64,000 bases of DNA from Candidatus Bathyarchaeota archaeon (GTDB taxonomy: Archaea; Thermoproteota; Bathyarchaeia; Bathyarchaeales; Bathycorpusculaceae): the NCBI GenBank assembly GCA_963775685.1, contig CAVZJV010000014.1, positions 448,001-512,000 of the forward strand. The letters run 5' to 3'. The position numbers and the translations under genes are program-made. Each line of letters starts with the position of its first letter. The first letter of the stretch is position 1. Positions 39,680 through 49,337 of the stretch are shown piece after piece. The notes beneath the pieces were generated by a model. That model saw only the letters and a list, made by a program, of their open reading frames with translations. It made no database searches and was not told where the DNA came from.

Positions 39680-40741
39680 TCAAGCTTCATTTTCTCCTTC
39701 AAGCTTGTATGCGGTCATTAAGGCTACGCCGAAGGCTGGTGTTGTCAAAACAGCTTCTTTAGGCAAAAGCGTTCCTAAATCGACAATGGAATCAACGCCA
39801 ACATTTTCGGCTGCTTTGGCTGCGATAAATTTCTTTCCGATACCTGTAACAACAACTGGAACCGTAAGCGAAGATCGCGATTTTGCGTAAGTGTATACTT
39901 TGCTTAAGCCTTCGGCTACTTGCTGTATTTGCTTGTTACAAATGAATTGGGCCATATAGGTGATTTCTTGTTGGGTTAACATTTCTTTGTCGGCGCAGAC
40001 CACTCGGGCAACTCGTGCTAAAGCTTCAGGAATTGTTTTTCCTCGCCCATCCGCGGTTTCAGAGATATATTCAGTATACGTAATATTGCCAAGAATTAAG
40101 TGAACATCGCCTGATAATGCAAAAAGCTCAGAAGCAACACCTGCAATGCCGTTTCTTATAGGGATTGATTGGACTATCGCTGCAACATTGGTTCTTAAAC
40201 TTCCTGTATAAACTAGTTCTCCGCATAGGAGTTTGTCGAAATCAGTCTTGCCACGCGCTACGACCTTACCGTTTGCTATGGGAATTATACTGGTGCTTGT
40301 GCTTCCAACATCGACAACCACGCAGTTTTTGAGATGTTGTGCTATTAACCAACCTGTTGCGGCCCAATTCGCCGCTGCAACTCCTAATGGTTCTTGTTCG
40401 GCTAAATCTGCCAGCTCAAGTCTGGCGTCCGTATTCAAAACATGAATAGGCGCGTTCGGAAATGCCTTCTTAACACAGCCCAAAATATGATGCACCCCCT
40501 CCCTCTTAGTTTGGTAAGCATCCGACAATTCTGCCGTCATGGTTACGCCCACACCATCAAGCCTTCCAACCCCCAATCGCTCTTTAAGCTCTAAAAGAAC
40601 GCTTGATAGTTTCTCAGGGTGTTTCCAAACTGGAAAATACTCAACAACGACTTTGACATTAAGCAGTGTGCCATCTTTGATGTTGATGACTGCCGCTTTG
40701 GTGTTGGCGCCTCCAATGTCATAGCCTAACACATCCACCAA
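39680..40741 (-). CDS. mfnF: Hydantoinase A-like methanofuran synthesis protein
   Basis: DIGGANTK, TMTAELSD, AAANW, DVGSTST, ELVYTG.LRT, TADGR. Confidence 0.85.
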   Translation of the reverse strand: MVDVLGYDIGGANTKAAVINIKDGTLLNVKVVVEYFPVWKHPEKLSSVLLELKERLGVGRLDGVGVTMTAELSDAYQTKREGVHHILGCVKKAFPNAPIHVLNTDARLELADLAEQEPLGVAAANWAATGWLIAQHLKNCVVVDVGSTSTSIIPIANGKVVARGKTDFDKLLCGELVYTGSLRTNVAAIVQSIPIRNGIAGVASELFALSGDVHLILGNITYTEYISETADGRGKTIPEALARVARVVCADKEMLTQQEITYMAQFICNKQIQQVAEGLSKVYTYAKSRSSLTVPVVVTGIGKKFIAAKAAENVGVDSIVDLGTLLPKEAVLTTPAFGVALMTAYKLEGENEA

Positions 40742-40751
40742 ACTGTTTTCC

Positions 40752-42011
40752 TCAGGTGATAATGTTGAGTAAGTGCTTTTTAGCTTCTTCTAAATGCTGC
40801 TGTGCATCATCTAGGCTGTCGCCCTTGCCGATAACGAGGGAATACGCTTTGGGGTTGCCACTTAATGGGAAAGGCGGCGAAATAACTGAGTCTGATTTAG
40901 AAGCATTTTGGAATGCACTGACTGTCGGCATAGGCGTTTCTATTTTTGAAAAACAAGCATAACCTTCATTTTCATGTTTAGCAGGAAGCACGCTGTTGAC
41001 AACAGAATCAACCAATGCTTCAGCGATATTAAAACCAGCTACTTTACTTAAACCAACATAAGATGTCGTCAAACGCGGGTTAACATCAACAACAAACGCC
41101 TTGTGCTCAGTTAAAACAACATCAACCCCCACATAACCTCTCAAACCAACGAATGCGTCAACAACTTTCTCTGCAACCTCGAACACATCCTGTTTTAGCC
41201 AATATTCAAAAGGAACAGCGCCGCCTTCATAACTTGAAGTTGCACTGGGACCTGCAAGGATTATGTTTTGCTTGTTTAAGCTGAGTGCCTTAGCTTTTAT
41301 TCCATTAGAAAGTAAGCTGACGCTTGCAGAGACGCCGTTGATGAATTCTTGTGCAAGAAATGCGGCACTTGTTGATTCGGCTTTTAATTTAGCTATTGCT
41401 TCCTCTATTTGGGACTCGTCTTTAACGATGCTTAATCCACCGCAGCCAACACCATCTACAGGCTTGAGAACAACAGGGTAAGTCAGTTCACGTTTCATCT
41501 CTTGTTTAATTTGAAATGGACTTTCACCAAGGTTAAGAGTTAATGTTTTGGGAGTGGGAAATCCTTTTTTTTCCAGTTTTTCGTAAAGGACTGCTTTATT
41601 AGCAATCTTTCCTATAGCACCAGATTCACAGTTGAATGAAGTTATCCCTGTTTTTTCCACCAGTTTAACAAGTGATTTCATGGTACTTGCCGTTTCGGGT
41701 GCAACGATGTAGATTGCGTCATTGATCGTGGATATTTTCTTTAGATATTTTTCTGCTTCTTTTGCGTAGTTGATTGGTAATATGCAGAATGCGTCGATTG
41801 GCGGATGAAGTTTAGCTATCCTCACATCCATTAAGGTTGTTACTTGGTGCCCTGCCACTTTAAAATCTTCGACAATACTTCGCAACATCCCAAAACCTTC
41901 AGCTAAAAAACTCGATGGAATAATTTGCTCTGCGTACCCACCACCTGAAACATACTCGTAAACAATGACCTTTAAAATATGCCCCCTCCAAGAATCCGAT
42001 AATTTCCTCAA
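40752..42011 (-). CDS. mfnD: ATP-grasp tyramine--glutamate ligase
   Basis: VYEY..GG, EG.GML, APE, KP.DG.G, GYVGVD, NPRLTTSY. Confidence 0.85.
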   Translation of the reverse strand: MRKLSDSWRGHILKVIVYEYVSGGGYAEQIIPSSFLAEGFGMLRSIVEDFKVAGHQVTTLMDVRIAKLHPPIDAFCILPINYAKEAEKYLKKISTINDAIYIVAPETASTMKSLVKLVEKTGITSFNCESGAIGKIANKAVLYEKLEKKGFPTPKTLTLNLGESPFQIKQEMKRELTYPVVLKPVDGVGCGGLSIVKDESQIEEAIAKLKAESTSAAFLAQEFINGVSASVSLLSNGIKAKALSLNKQNIILAGPSATSSYEGGAVPFEYWLKQDVFEVAEKVVDAFVGLRGYVGVDVVLTEHKAFVVDVNPRLTTSYVGLSKVAGFNIAEALVDSVVNSVLPAKHENEGYACFSKIETPMPTVSAFQNASKSDSVISPPFPLSGNPKAYSLVIGKGDSLDDAQQHLEEAKKHLLNIIT

Positions 42012-43153
42012 AATGTCTTAAAGCTTTCGATTTCATTTAAATCTTTCAGAAAAGCTGCTACATGTCGCTTCTTAACATGAGGCATAACAACAATTCTTAT
42101 GCAGTTATACCTAGGCACGTAAGAAACATACCAACCATGCTTCCACAGTTTCTCAGCTAACTCTTTCGTGTTCCCGCTACGGAAACCAACAACATTCAAA
42201 GACGGTTCTACGACCAACTTAAAACCAGACTTTTCTACGCCTTGAGCAAGTAACTTCGTGTTTTTCAAGCACTCACTGACGACTTTTTGAAAGCCCTCAA
42301 ATCCTAATGCCTTAAACACCGCCCAACAAGAAGCAGCGGCAGCGCCTGTTCTTGTCCCAACAAAGGTGTACTGGAACTTGTCTGTCAGGTAAGGAGTTTC
42401 AGTTTTAACATAATCCAACATCTGTGCATTTTTGAAGAGGATGCCGCCTGCGGGAATGGCAGCTAAACCCATCTTATGCGGGTCAACAGTAACGGATTTC
42501 ACGCCGTCCAACTTGAAATCAAAGTCGGGTTTGGATTGGACTAAGAATGGAATTACTAAACCGCCGAATGCTGCATCAACATGCAAACAAACATTTTGCT
42601 TCAATGCAATATCCGAGAGTTTATCAATTGGGTCAATTACGCCTAACTCTGCTGTTCCAGCTGTGCCAACTATAGCAACGGTGTTCCTGCTAATGCATTT
42701 TTCAACCGTTGAGACATCAACTCTAAAGGAGCTGTCCAAACCTGCGTAAACAGGTTTAAGATTGAGCATATTGCAGATTTTAATAAAAGAGAAATGAGCT
42801 GACTCTGGAAGAACAACTTCCGGCTGTTTGATTTTTGCCATGTTTCTTGCCGCTAAGAGCGCCATCAAGTTTGCTTCAGTTCCGCCAGAAACCACAAATC
42901 CAACCGCACTTTCACCATGAAGAAGAGAGCTGAGTTGATCAATAACTTCTTTTTCTATCTGTGCACTTCCAGGAAAAAGTCCCAAATCACCCAAATTTGA
43001 ATCAAAAAACATTCGATAAGCCTTTTCTGCCAAAAGATGAGGTTTGGTACACATGGAACACAAAACTCTGCCCTCAGAATATCTTTTGTCCAAGGCACAA
43101 AGCCTTTTTAGTTCCTCCAAAACAGCTTTTCTATCTAACCCCTTAGGTTGCAA
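42008..43153 (-). CDS. mfnA: PLP-dependent tyrosine decarboxylase
   Basis: SMCT.PH, NLGD.GLFPG, SGGTEAN, HVDAAFGG, DPHK. Confidence 0.92.
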   Translation of the reverse strand: MQPKGLDRKAVLEELKRLCALDKRYSEGRVLCSMCTKPHLLAEKAYRMFFDSNLGDLGLFPGSAQIEKEVIDQLSSLLHGESAVGFVVSGGTEANLMALLAARNMAKIKQPEVVLPESAHFSFIKICNMLNLKPVYAGLDSSFRVDVSTVEKCISRNTVAIVGTAGTAELGVIDPIDKLSDIALKQNVCLHVDAAFGGLVIPFLVQSKPDFDFKLDGVKSVTVDPHKMGLAAIPAGGILFKNAQMLDYVKTETPYLTDKFQYTFVGTRTGAAAASCWAVFKALGFEGFQKVVSECLKNTKLLAQGVEKSGFKLVVEPSLNVVGFRSGNTKELAEKLWKHGWYVSYVPRYNCIRIVVMPHVKKRHVAAFLKDLNEIESFKTF

Positions 43154-43155
43154 AG

Positions 43156-43896
43156 CTAAGCCCTCTTAACGCTCGTCTGTGTTTCCGCTTGCCTAACAAC
43201 CTCAACCAATTCCTGAACCAGTTTTCGGGTAATTTGCCCTGAAACCCTGTTGCTATTTGTACAGGCCGCTCCCCGTAACCCAGCAATATCGGCTCCCAAA
43301 CCATAAACTTCGGGCAAGTCCTGCTTTCTTAATGAACCAGCCAACGCAGCATCTAAACCAAAGTCATGCGTTGAATCCACAAATTCCTTTAATTGCTCTT
43401 CCTTGAGGTAATCAAAGAGGTTTTTGCCATCTTTAACCGATGTATCAAGCATGGCAACATCAACTTGCGCCTTATTTGCAATCTCAGGAATTTGTAATGG
43501 GTTGATTGCGTAAATTCTTTCGGCATCAGCGTATCCAGCTACAGCGACTTTTATTTGAGGGTTGCATTCTTTGGCGGCTTTTCTAACATTTTGGAGTAAA
43601 AAAATGGCTTGATCAAATGTTTTGACTCCGTAAAGCCCTACTTTGATATAGTCAACGCCTAATGATGTTGCTCCAAGTGCAGCTAACGAAACAGAGCCTG
43701 GAAGGTTCCCGATTTCGCCTAATGTGCAACTGACCTTGAGGCTCTTTGGCGTTATCTCTTTTATCCGCCTGATAACCCATGGATAATTTGCACCTAATGC
43801 GCCCTCTTGAGGGTTTTTAACATCGATTATGTCGGCGCCCCCTGCGATAGCTTCCAAAGCTTCTTTTTCGTTCATGGGACTTATGAGCAGCTTCAA
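43156..43896 (-). CDS. mfnB: (5-formylfuran-3-yl)methyl phosphate synthase
   Basis: LLISP..EKEA..A..GGADIIDVKNP.EGALGAN, YIKVGL, LDT..KDG, LAGSL, G.RGAAC. Confidence 0.93.
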   Translation of the reverse strand: MKLLISPMNEKEALEAIAGGADIIDVKNPQEGALGANYPWVIRRIKEITPKSLKVSCTLGEIGNLPGSVSLAALGATSLGVDYIKVGLYGVKTFDQAIFLLQNVRKAAKECNPQIKVAVAGYADAERIYAINPLQIPEIANKAQVDVAMLDTSVKDGKNLFDYLKEEQLKEFVDSTHDFGLDAALAGSLRKQDLPEVYGLGADIAGLRGAACTNSNRVSGQITRKLVQELVEVVRQAETQTSVKRA

Positions 43897-44053
43897 GTTG
43901 AGTCATATTGATGCGGCTATTTGATGCCTTTAAAGTTTTCCCGTGACCGTTTGTTTTCTTATTAGTAGATGTTGAGTAGCGCTTCTCTTGACAGATGAAT
44001 GTTGGGTTAGGTTTTTCTGTTGGATTAACTCAATCATTAGATGGGTTAAAGGT

Positions 44054-44785
44054 TTGAAGATAATTCCTGTAATCGACATCTTAAACGGAAAGGTGGTTCA
44101 CGCTGTTAAGGGTCAGAGGAACAATTACCAACCCTTAGAAAGTATCATGTTCAAATCAACAGATCCTTTGGAGGTTGCCAAGGGTTTCAAAGCTCTCGGC
44201 TTTACTGACCTCTACGTGGCTGATTTAGATGCCATAATCGATTGCTCAACCGACTTCGAGGTTTTCAAACAAATTGCTAAAAAAACAGGGCTGCAGGTAA
44301 TAGTTGATGCGGGAGTAACCAGCATCGAACGCGCTCGAAGATTGCTACAAAGCGGCGTTTCAAAACTAATTATCGGGACTGAAACGCTCCATAGCAAAAA
44401 ATTTGTCGAACAAGCCGTGGAAATTTTCGGAAGCGACCGCGTTGTTGTCAGTTTGGATTTGAAGGGAGATAAAATTCTTGTCAAATTAGGGTTTGACGGC
44501 TGCCTAAGTCCCATTTGCCTGCTACAAGACTTCAAGCGCATGGGTGTTTTGCAGGTTATTGTTTTAGATTTAGCGAGAGTTGGTAGCGACGAAGGCATAA
44601 ACATGGATTTTCTTAAAAAAGTCATTGCAGAGGTCGGAGGTGATGTTTATGTGGGCGGAGGAGTACGAAACATTGATGATTTAATAGCGCTTAGAAAACA
44701 GGGTGCCAAAGGTGCTTTATTAGCCACTTCTTTACATTCAGGAAAAATTGGAATTGAAGCATTAAAGCGGGAAGGTTTGCTTTAG
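44054..44785 (+). CDS. HisA/HisF-related TIM-barrel protein (C1-cofactor cluster type)
   Basis: KIIPVIDI.NGKVVHA..G.R..Y.P, LYVADLDAI, LDLARVGS..G, GGGVR; divergent from the mfn operon. Confidence 0.85.
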   Translation: MKIIPVIDILNGKVVHAVKGQRNNYQPLESIMFKSTDPLEVAKGFKALGFTDLYVADLDAIIDCSTDFEVFKQIAKKTGLQVIVDAGVTSIERARRLLQSGVSKLIIGTETLHSKKFVEQAVEIFGSDRVVVSLDLKGDKILVKLGFDGCLSPICLLQDFKRMGVLQVIVLDLARVGSDEGINMDFLKKVIAEVGGDVYVGGGVRNIDDLIALRKQGAKGALLATSLHSGKIGIEALKREGLL

Positions 44786-44961
44786 CTGGTTTCCTTTTGC
44801 AGAATAAAAGAAAGACGATTATAACCGTAACTGAAGCAACCATTGCACCAATGGATGTTGCTCCAACTACCAAATTATTTGTTTGAATCAAGATGAACTC
44901 TTTTCTCAAACTGACTGAAAAAACCCATTATTCATAGGTGAGTTAATTATAAGAAAAAGGT

Positions 44962-45690
44962 TTATGAAGGCTCTCGCTTTCCGAGAGCTACAAGTCCTCC
45001 AAGTTGAGTAAGACGGTTACCCGCGTTCGATTCAGCATCGATCACCCGCGTTTTAACCCCATTCCTGGCAGCAATCTGCATCAACCGGTTAACGCGGTTC
45101 TTCTGGCGACTTTCTGCAAGATAATCATTTGTTAACATAAGATATTCTGGATGTGGTTTTCCAAGAGCTTGTGGATAAAGGATGAGATTTTCCGCTTCTT
45201 GCAAGGAAAAATACACCAAATTGTCAGTTTTGCTTAGGCGTCTTTCGAGAATTTCAAGCAGATTCTCAGTTTCCTCATTTGCGTTTTCCTGAATTAATTG
45301 TTTGAAAGTTGTGGTTTTTGTTAAAGTTGCCACTTGTGGGAGTGAGCTTGCGGAACCAGTGATCAATGAGATGGATGCTTTGTTTGTTCCCTGCAAAAGC
45401 CATGAATGATGACCTTTGATGTGGCTTTGAAAGTCTTGGGCATAACTGCTTCGGGGCGGCGAGGCAATTATGATGCTTCTAACACCTTCCTTAAGTACGG
45501 GTCTTAGGGCATTTATGATGGTTTCATGGAAGCAGTAGAGAGCTTTAGAGTCTTTTCGGTTGCCGTTTAAGGGTACGGTTTGTTGAGGTTTGGCGACTTG
45601 ACTAAATAAATGCCAAAGAGCCGCATGGTCTTGTTCTATTCCAATTAGGACAGCAACAGGGTATCCGCGTTTATAGTTTTTCGGCTTCAT
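44962..45690 (-). CDS. Pelota/aRF1-like protein comprising only middle and C-terminal domains
   Basis: IIIASP; C-terminal VIDAESNAGNRLTQLGGLVAL resembles the eRF1_3 domain end. Confidence 0.6.
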   Translation of the reverse strand: MKPKNYKRGYPVAVLIGIEQDHAALWHLFSQVAKPQQTVPLNGNRKDSKALYCFHETIINALRPVLKEGVRSIIIASPPRSSYAQDFQSHIKGHHSWLLQGTNKASISLITGSASSLPQVATLTKTTTFKQLIQENANEETENLLEILERRLSKTDNLVYFSLQEAENLILYPQALGKPHPEYLMLTNDYLAESRQKNRVNRLMQIAARNGVKTRVIDAESNAGNRLTQLGGLVALGKREPS

Positions 45691-45807
45691 TTCTGTTCCG
45701 CATAATCATCTGCAGTTTTGCTTATTTTATGTATTGCTCAAATTTTCTATGTTAATTAGCAAGCGGTGAAAACATATGTTTATCAAATCCTAAAACAGCA
45801 TCTTTAA

Positions 45808-46146
45808 TTGACCCCAATGATCAAAATTTACAGTCAAAAAGACCTTGACGTAGAACTTAAAAACAAGAAAGTTCTAGCTTTATTCTATTCTTCCTGGTGC
45901 CCTTATTGCATTAGATTTGTCCCAACATTCGACAAAGACGCAACTAAATTAGGCGTCAAAAACATAATCCATGTTCTCTTGGAAGACTACGACAACCCAA
46001 TGTGGGATGAGTACGACATACCTGCTGTACCAACTATAATTCTGTTCGAAGACGGAAAGGTTTGTCAAAGACTTGATGCAAGGCTCGGTAGCGGATTGAG
46101 TAAAGAGCGATTTGCAGCATGGATGGAAGAGTTCAAAAGCCCCTAA
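45808..46146 (+). CDS. Thioredoxin family protein
   Basis: FYSSWCPYC, VPTIILFEDGK. Confidence 0.85.
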   Translation: MTPMIKIYSQKDLDVELKNKKVLALFYSSWCPYCIRFVPTFDKDATKLGVKNIIHVLLEDYDNPMWDEYDIPAVPTIILFEDGKVCQRLDARLGSGLSKERFAAWMEEFKSP

Positions 46147-46208
46147 TATAGGTTTAAAATACAAAATTGTTTTCTAACAAAAAAGAAAAAGGAAAAGATT
46201 AGGATTTT

Positions 46209-46721
46209 TTAGCTTGGTGGAGGCGGAGGTGGCGGTGGAGGAGCACCTACTGACGCGAAGGCTTGTTTGGTTTGAACAACAGTCGTTCCAGCATAGCGAT
46301 CAGTGAATTTTTGGCGTTTGTCATTTCCAGCTGTGACTACAGCAATAAGCCAGTCTAAGAATAAGAAAAGCCCGTAGATTTTTGAGATGTTGCGAATGAA
46401 TGATTTGTCAAATGGTACTTTGCCCCCATTTACTGTCTCTACCTGCAAGCCCATTATTCTTTTGCCTATAGTTCCTCCCCAAGAAACATCCAGAACCATG
46501 AAATAGATTAGCTGGAGTATGCCTAAAAGGAACGGAAGTATTAACCAACCTCCAAAGGCTAAAACGAACGGGTTAGAGAGCACTATTGACCATATTACGA
46601 AGAAGTATATGATTGCTGCGGGAATTCCAATGATTATGCTGTCGATTATATATGCAATTAAGCGATATATCCAATGAGTTAAATCAAATTGTCCACTATT
46701 GCTTGCCATTTTTTCTATCAA
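46209..46721 (-). CDS. RDD family membrane protein with poly-Pro tail
   Basis: RLIAYIIDSII, GTIGKRIMGLQV, QKFTDRYAGT.VV, APPPPPPPPPS. Confidence 0.85.
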   Translation of the reverse strand: MIEKMASNSGQFDLTHWIYRLIAYIIDSIIIGIPAAIIYFFVIWSIVLSNPFVLAFGGWLILPFLLGILQLIYFMVLDVSWGGTIGKRIMGLQVETVNGGKVPFDKSFIRNISKIYGLFLFLDWLIAVVTAGNDKRQKFTDRYAGTTVVQTKQAFASVGAPPPPPPPPPS

Positions 46722-46812
46722 AACTCCTAATAATTCTTCTCGAGCAGTTGTTATTAATACTTTCTATTTATTGATAACTCGCTAGAATGAACCGAGGAAG
46801 AAGAAGTCTAAG

Positions 46813-47463
46813 TTAGGGTTTAACGCCTACCAGAAGCGCTAATTCTAGCCATTTCCAGTCACAATCAACATCTACAAACCCAATTTTTCGTAGCCACTGC
46901 AATTGTGTTTCGACATCCAAGAGTTTGTTTGAAGGATCCTCGGTTTGAGGCGTGAAGCCTGTTACAACAAGAAATTTTAGGTGTAGATTCTCGGTCGCTG
47001 AGGAAACGTGCTCGAGGTTGCAGAATACTCCGCGGGGGTTAAGCAAGCTGAATACTTCGGTGTAGAGTTGTTTTTTTCTGGGATGCGCTAAATGATGAAT
47101 AGCTAAGCTTGATACAACGGCATCAAAGCGGCCCAGTTTCTCAACTGGGAGGGGTTGGCTAAAATCATGTTTAATAATCGTGACTTTTTTGTCGTTTGAG
47201 AAGCGTTTTTTCGCTTGCTGTATCATGGGATCTGAAAAATCCAAAGCAAAACCCTCCACTGACGGATTATTAAGCTTTATTAAGGCAAGTAATCTGCCAT
47301 CACCCGTTCCTAAATCCAGCACCCGCCTTGCATTTGGCGGAATTTGTTCCAGAAGCACCTTTTCCCCTTCTGTTCGATGTGGTAACCTATCTGCTCTCGC
47401 TAAATACGATAATGCATGTTCGATTGTTTGCCATTCACTAATAGTTGACTCAAGGTTTTTCAA
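46813..47463 (-). CDS. Class I SAM-dependent methyltransferase
   Basis: VLDLGTGDG, DFS, FDAVVSSLAIHHL, L.P.G.F. Confidence 0.88.
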   Translation of the reverse strand: MKNLESTISEWQTIEHALSYLARADRLPHRTEGEKVLLEQIPPNARRVLDLGTGDGRLLALIKLNNPSVEGFALDFSDPMIQQAKKRFSNDKKVTIIKHDFSQPLPVEKLGRFDAVVSSLAIHHLAHPRKKQLYTEVFSLLNPRGVFCNLEHVSSATENLHLKFLVVTGFTPQTEDPSNKLLDVETQLQWLRKIGFVDVDCDWKWLELALLVGVKP

Positions 47464-47607
47464 TTTCGTAAACCTCTTGCTTGACTCGGTTGCTTTTAAT
47501 TTTAGGGCTTATAGATATTTCGACCGAATTTTCTTAATTTAGGAGAAATAAGCCTTATATCCCATCAAACCGTTTTATGGAAAGATAATAGAGGGATTCT
47601 TTAATTT

Positions 47608-47955
47608 ATGGAATTTTGTCCCAAATGCGGTTCACGTCTTGAACCAAAAAAAACAGGCGTCGGCAACTCATTTGTACTGTGCTGTGGAAAATGCAACTTT
47701 ACAAAGGAACCTGCAGATAGAAAAGCTGAGGCCCGAACTGGCGCGGTCATTCAACCGAAAGCTAAACCATTCTTGACCGTTATTTCTGAAGAAGACCAGA
47801 AAATAAGCACGATGCAAACAATCAAAATGAAATGTGAAAAATGCGAAAACAACGAAGTTTTTGTATGGCAGGTGCAGACTCGAGGCGGCGACGAAGCGTC
47901 CACACAGTTTATGCGTTGCACAAAATGCGGTCACACCTTTAGAGAATACACGTAA
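47608..47955 (+). CDS. tfs: Transcription factor S (TFS)
   Basis: MEFCPKCG...C..C and C..C...QTRGGDE...F.RC.KCG; acidic DE pair intact. Confidence 0.9.
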   Translation: MEFCPKCGSRLEPKKTGVGNSFVLCCGKCNFTKEPADRKAEARTGAVIQPKAKPFLTVISEEDQKISTMQTIKMKCEKCENNEVFVWQVQTRGGDEASTQFMRCTKCGHTFREYT

Positions 47956-48035
47956 AAACCGTTTGTTTATGTGCATCTTTAGAAAGCTATTAAAGGCGAG
48001 TCCGTTATAGAGTTCAATCCGGAGAACAATCCGAA

Positions 48036-48128
48036 ATGCCGAAAAAAGAAAAACCGTTAACTAAGAAAGAACGCGACGAAAAAAGAAAAGCAAAAAAGGA
48101 AAAGAAGAGCAAAACCCAGACTAGCTAA
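48036..48128 (+). CDS. 30-aa Lys-rich micropeptide (not in ORF track)
   Basis: MPKKEKPLTKKERDEKRKAKKEKKSKTQTS*; TATTAAA box and GGAG upstream, T-rich tract downstream. Confidence 0.45.
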   Translation: MPKKEKPLTKKERDEKRKAKKEKKSKTQTS

Positions 48129-48288
48129 GCTAATCTGAAATTTGCTTATGTTCCTTTTCTAATTTTTATTTTTTATTTTCTCCATCTTTAATTTTAACAG
48201 TCTGTTTCTGGCTCTTCATTTGGCAGAGCCTAAAATATGGCGCTCAAGAGTTTTCTGTCAATACTTTTATTTCAGGTGCGTACTGCTT

Positions 48289-48378
48289 GTGTATGCCTAT
48301 GATGAATAACACGTCAGTCGGAGGAAGGATTGGTAGTCCTATCGATGATGTCAGTTATACGAATTCTGAGGCGTACAC
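48289..48378 (+). ncRNA. C/D box sRNA candidate 1
   Basis: Box C ATGATGA 48299-48305, box D CTGA 48366-48369, terminal stem gtgtatgcc/ggcgtacac, internal C'-like ATGATGT, TTTTAT upstream, T-run downstream. Confidence 0.7.
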
Positions 48379-48428
48379 GTTTCTTTTTTAAGCTTAAACT
48401 CCTTTTAAGTTAACTTGAAATCTCATGA

Positions 48429-48519
48429 CGCCTATGATGACAATTGCACGTAAGGAACGGGAAGCATTAATTCTGCTTCTTAAGCAAATGACTTATTAAA
48501 AAAAATTGGTTCTGAGGCG
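48429..48519 (+). ncRNA. C/D box sRNA candidate 2
   Basis: Box C ATGATGA 48434-48440, box D CTGA 48512-48515, stem cgcc/ggcg, internal hairpin gaagca/tgcttc, TTTTAA ~25 nt upstream. Confidence 0.6.
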
Positions 48520-48583
48520 CTAAACCCAATCTTAATTGGTAACGTTAATTACAATCGCTCAAGGATATAGCTATCCGATAATC

Positions 48584-48892
48584 ATGCCTAAGACATCTGC
48601 CTTCTGGTTCATTCGAGACGGCGAAAAACTAATTCAATGCAGCAAGGAAGCTATCGACAAAGCCATCATGGACGGAAAAAGCGTAAAGTACAGAGGTTAC
48701 GCTAACAAAAAGTGTGAACGAATTGCGGATAAGTTGGAAGAATCCCGAATGGCTTTCCTTGCTGATCCTAATCTTTCGTCAAAATTCCGAGCTGCACTTA
48801 CTAACCCCCTAAATGTTTGTGAGGTTCAGGTTATCTGGGTGGATGACCCTGAATTTTGGATAAAAGAATCTAAGCGACCAAAATACCGATAG
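48584..48892 (+). CDS. Hypothetical protein
   Basis: ~102-aa open frame from ATG 48584 with normal protein-like composition. Confidence 0.55.
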   Translation: MPKTSAFWFIRDGEKLIQCSKEAIDKAIMDGKSVKYRGYANKKCERIADKLEESRMAFLADPNLSSKFRAALTNPLNVCEVQVIWVDDPEFWIKESKRPKYR

Positions 48893-49337
48893 CGACATTA
48901 GCTGTTTGGTGTCTTGAGATTGAAAACAACAACTCAAATTAAAATTGTGAGCCAGCTTGAGAACCACGTTACAAGTTTTTTTCAATGAGAATATTTTTCA
49001 ACAATCAATTCCTATCTTAGAATACATCCTGGTCCTCTCAATTTCGAAATCAATTCGTATAGTGGAAGAGGTTGAATTTGGGTGAAAATCCATCCGACTG
49101 ATACCCTGGGCGATTTTAATTCTTTAAAAACTTATTTTATATTTTGGTTTTTATTAAAAAGGCTTATATGGAGTATGCCGATATTATTTGTAGCGATTTT
49201 CTTTTTGATTAATTTAATGGAGAAAAAATTTTTGATCGTTCAAACTCTTGTGGATAAGAAATGTAGTAATATTAAGTGTGTTAATCTTTGGTCTTTTCTT
49301 CAATATGTAGAAATTACTTGGATTGGAGGTGAATCAT

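Noticed and set aside
46213-46243. GGN repeat as a G-rich regulatory element
   Set aside because: It encodes the poly-Pro tail of the RDD protein
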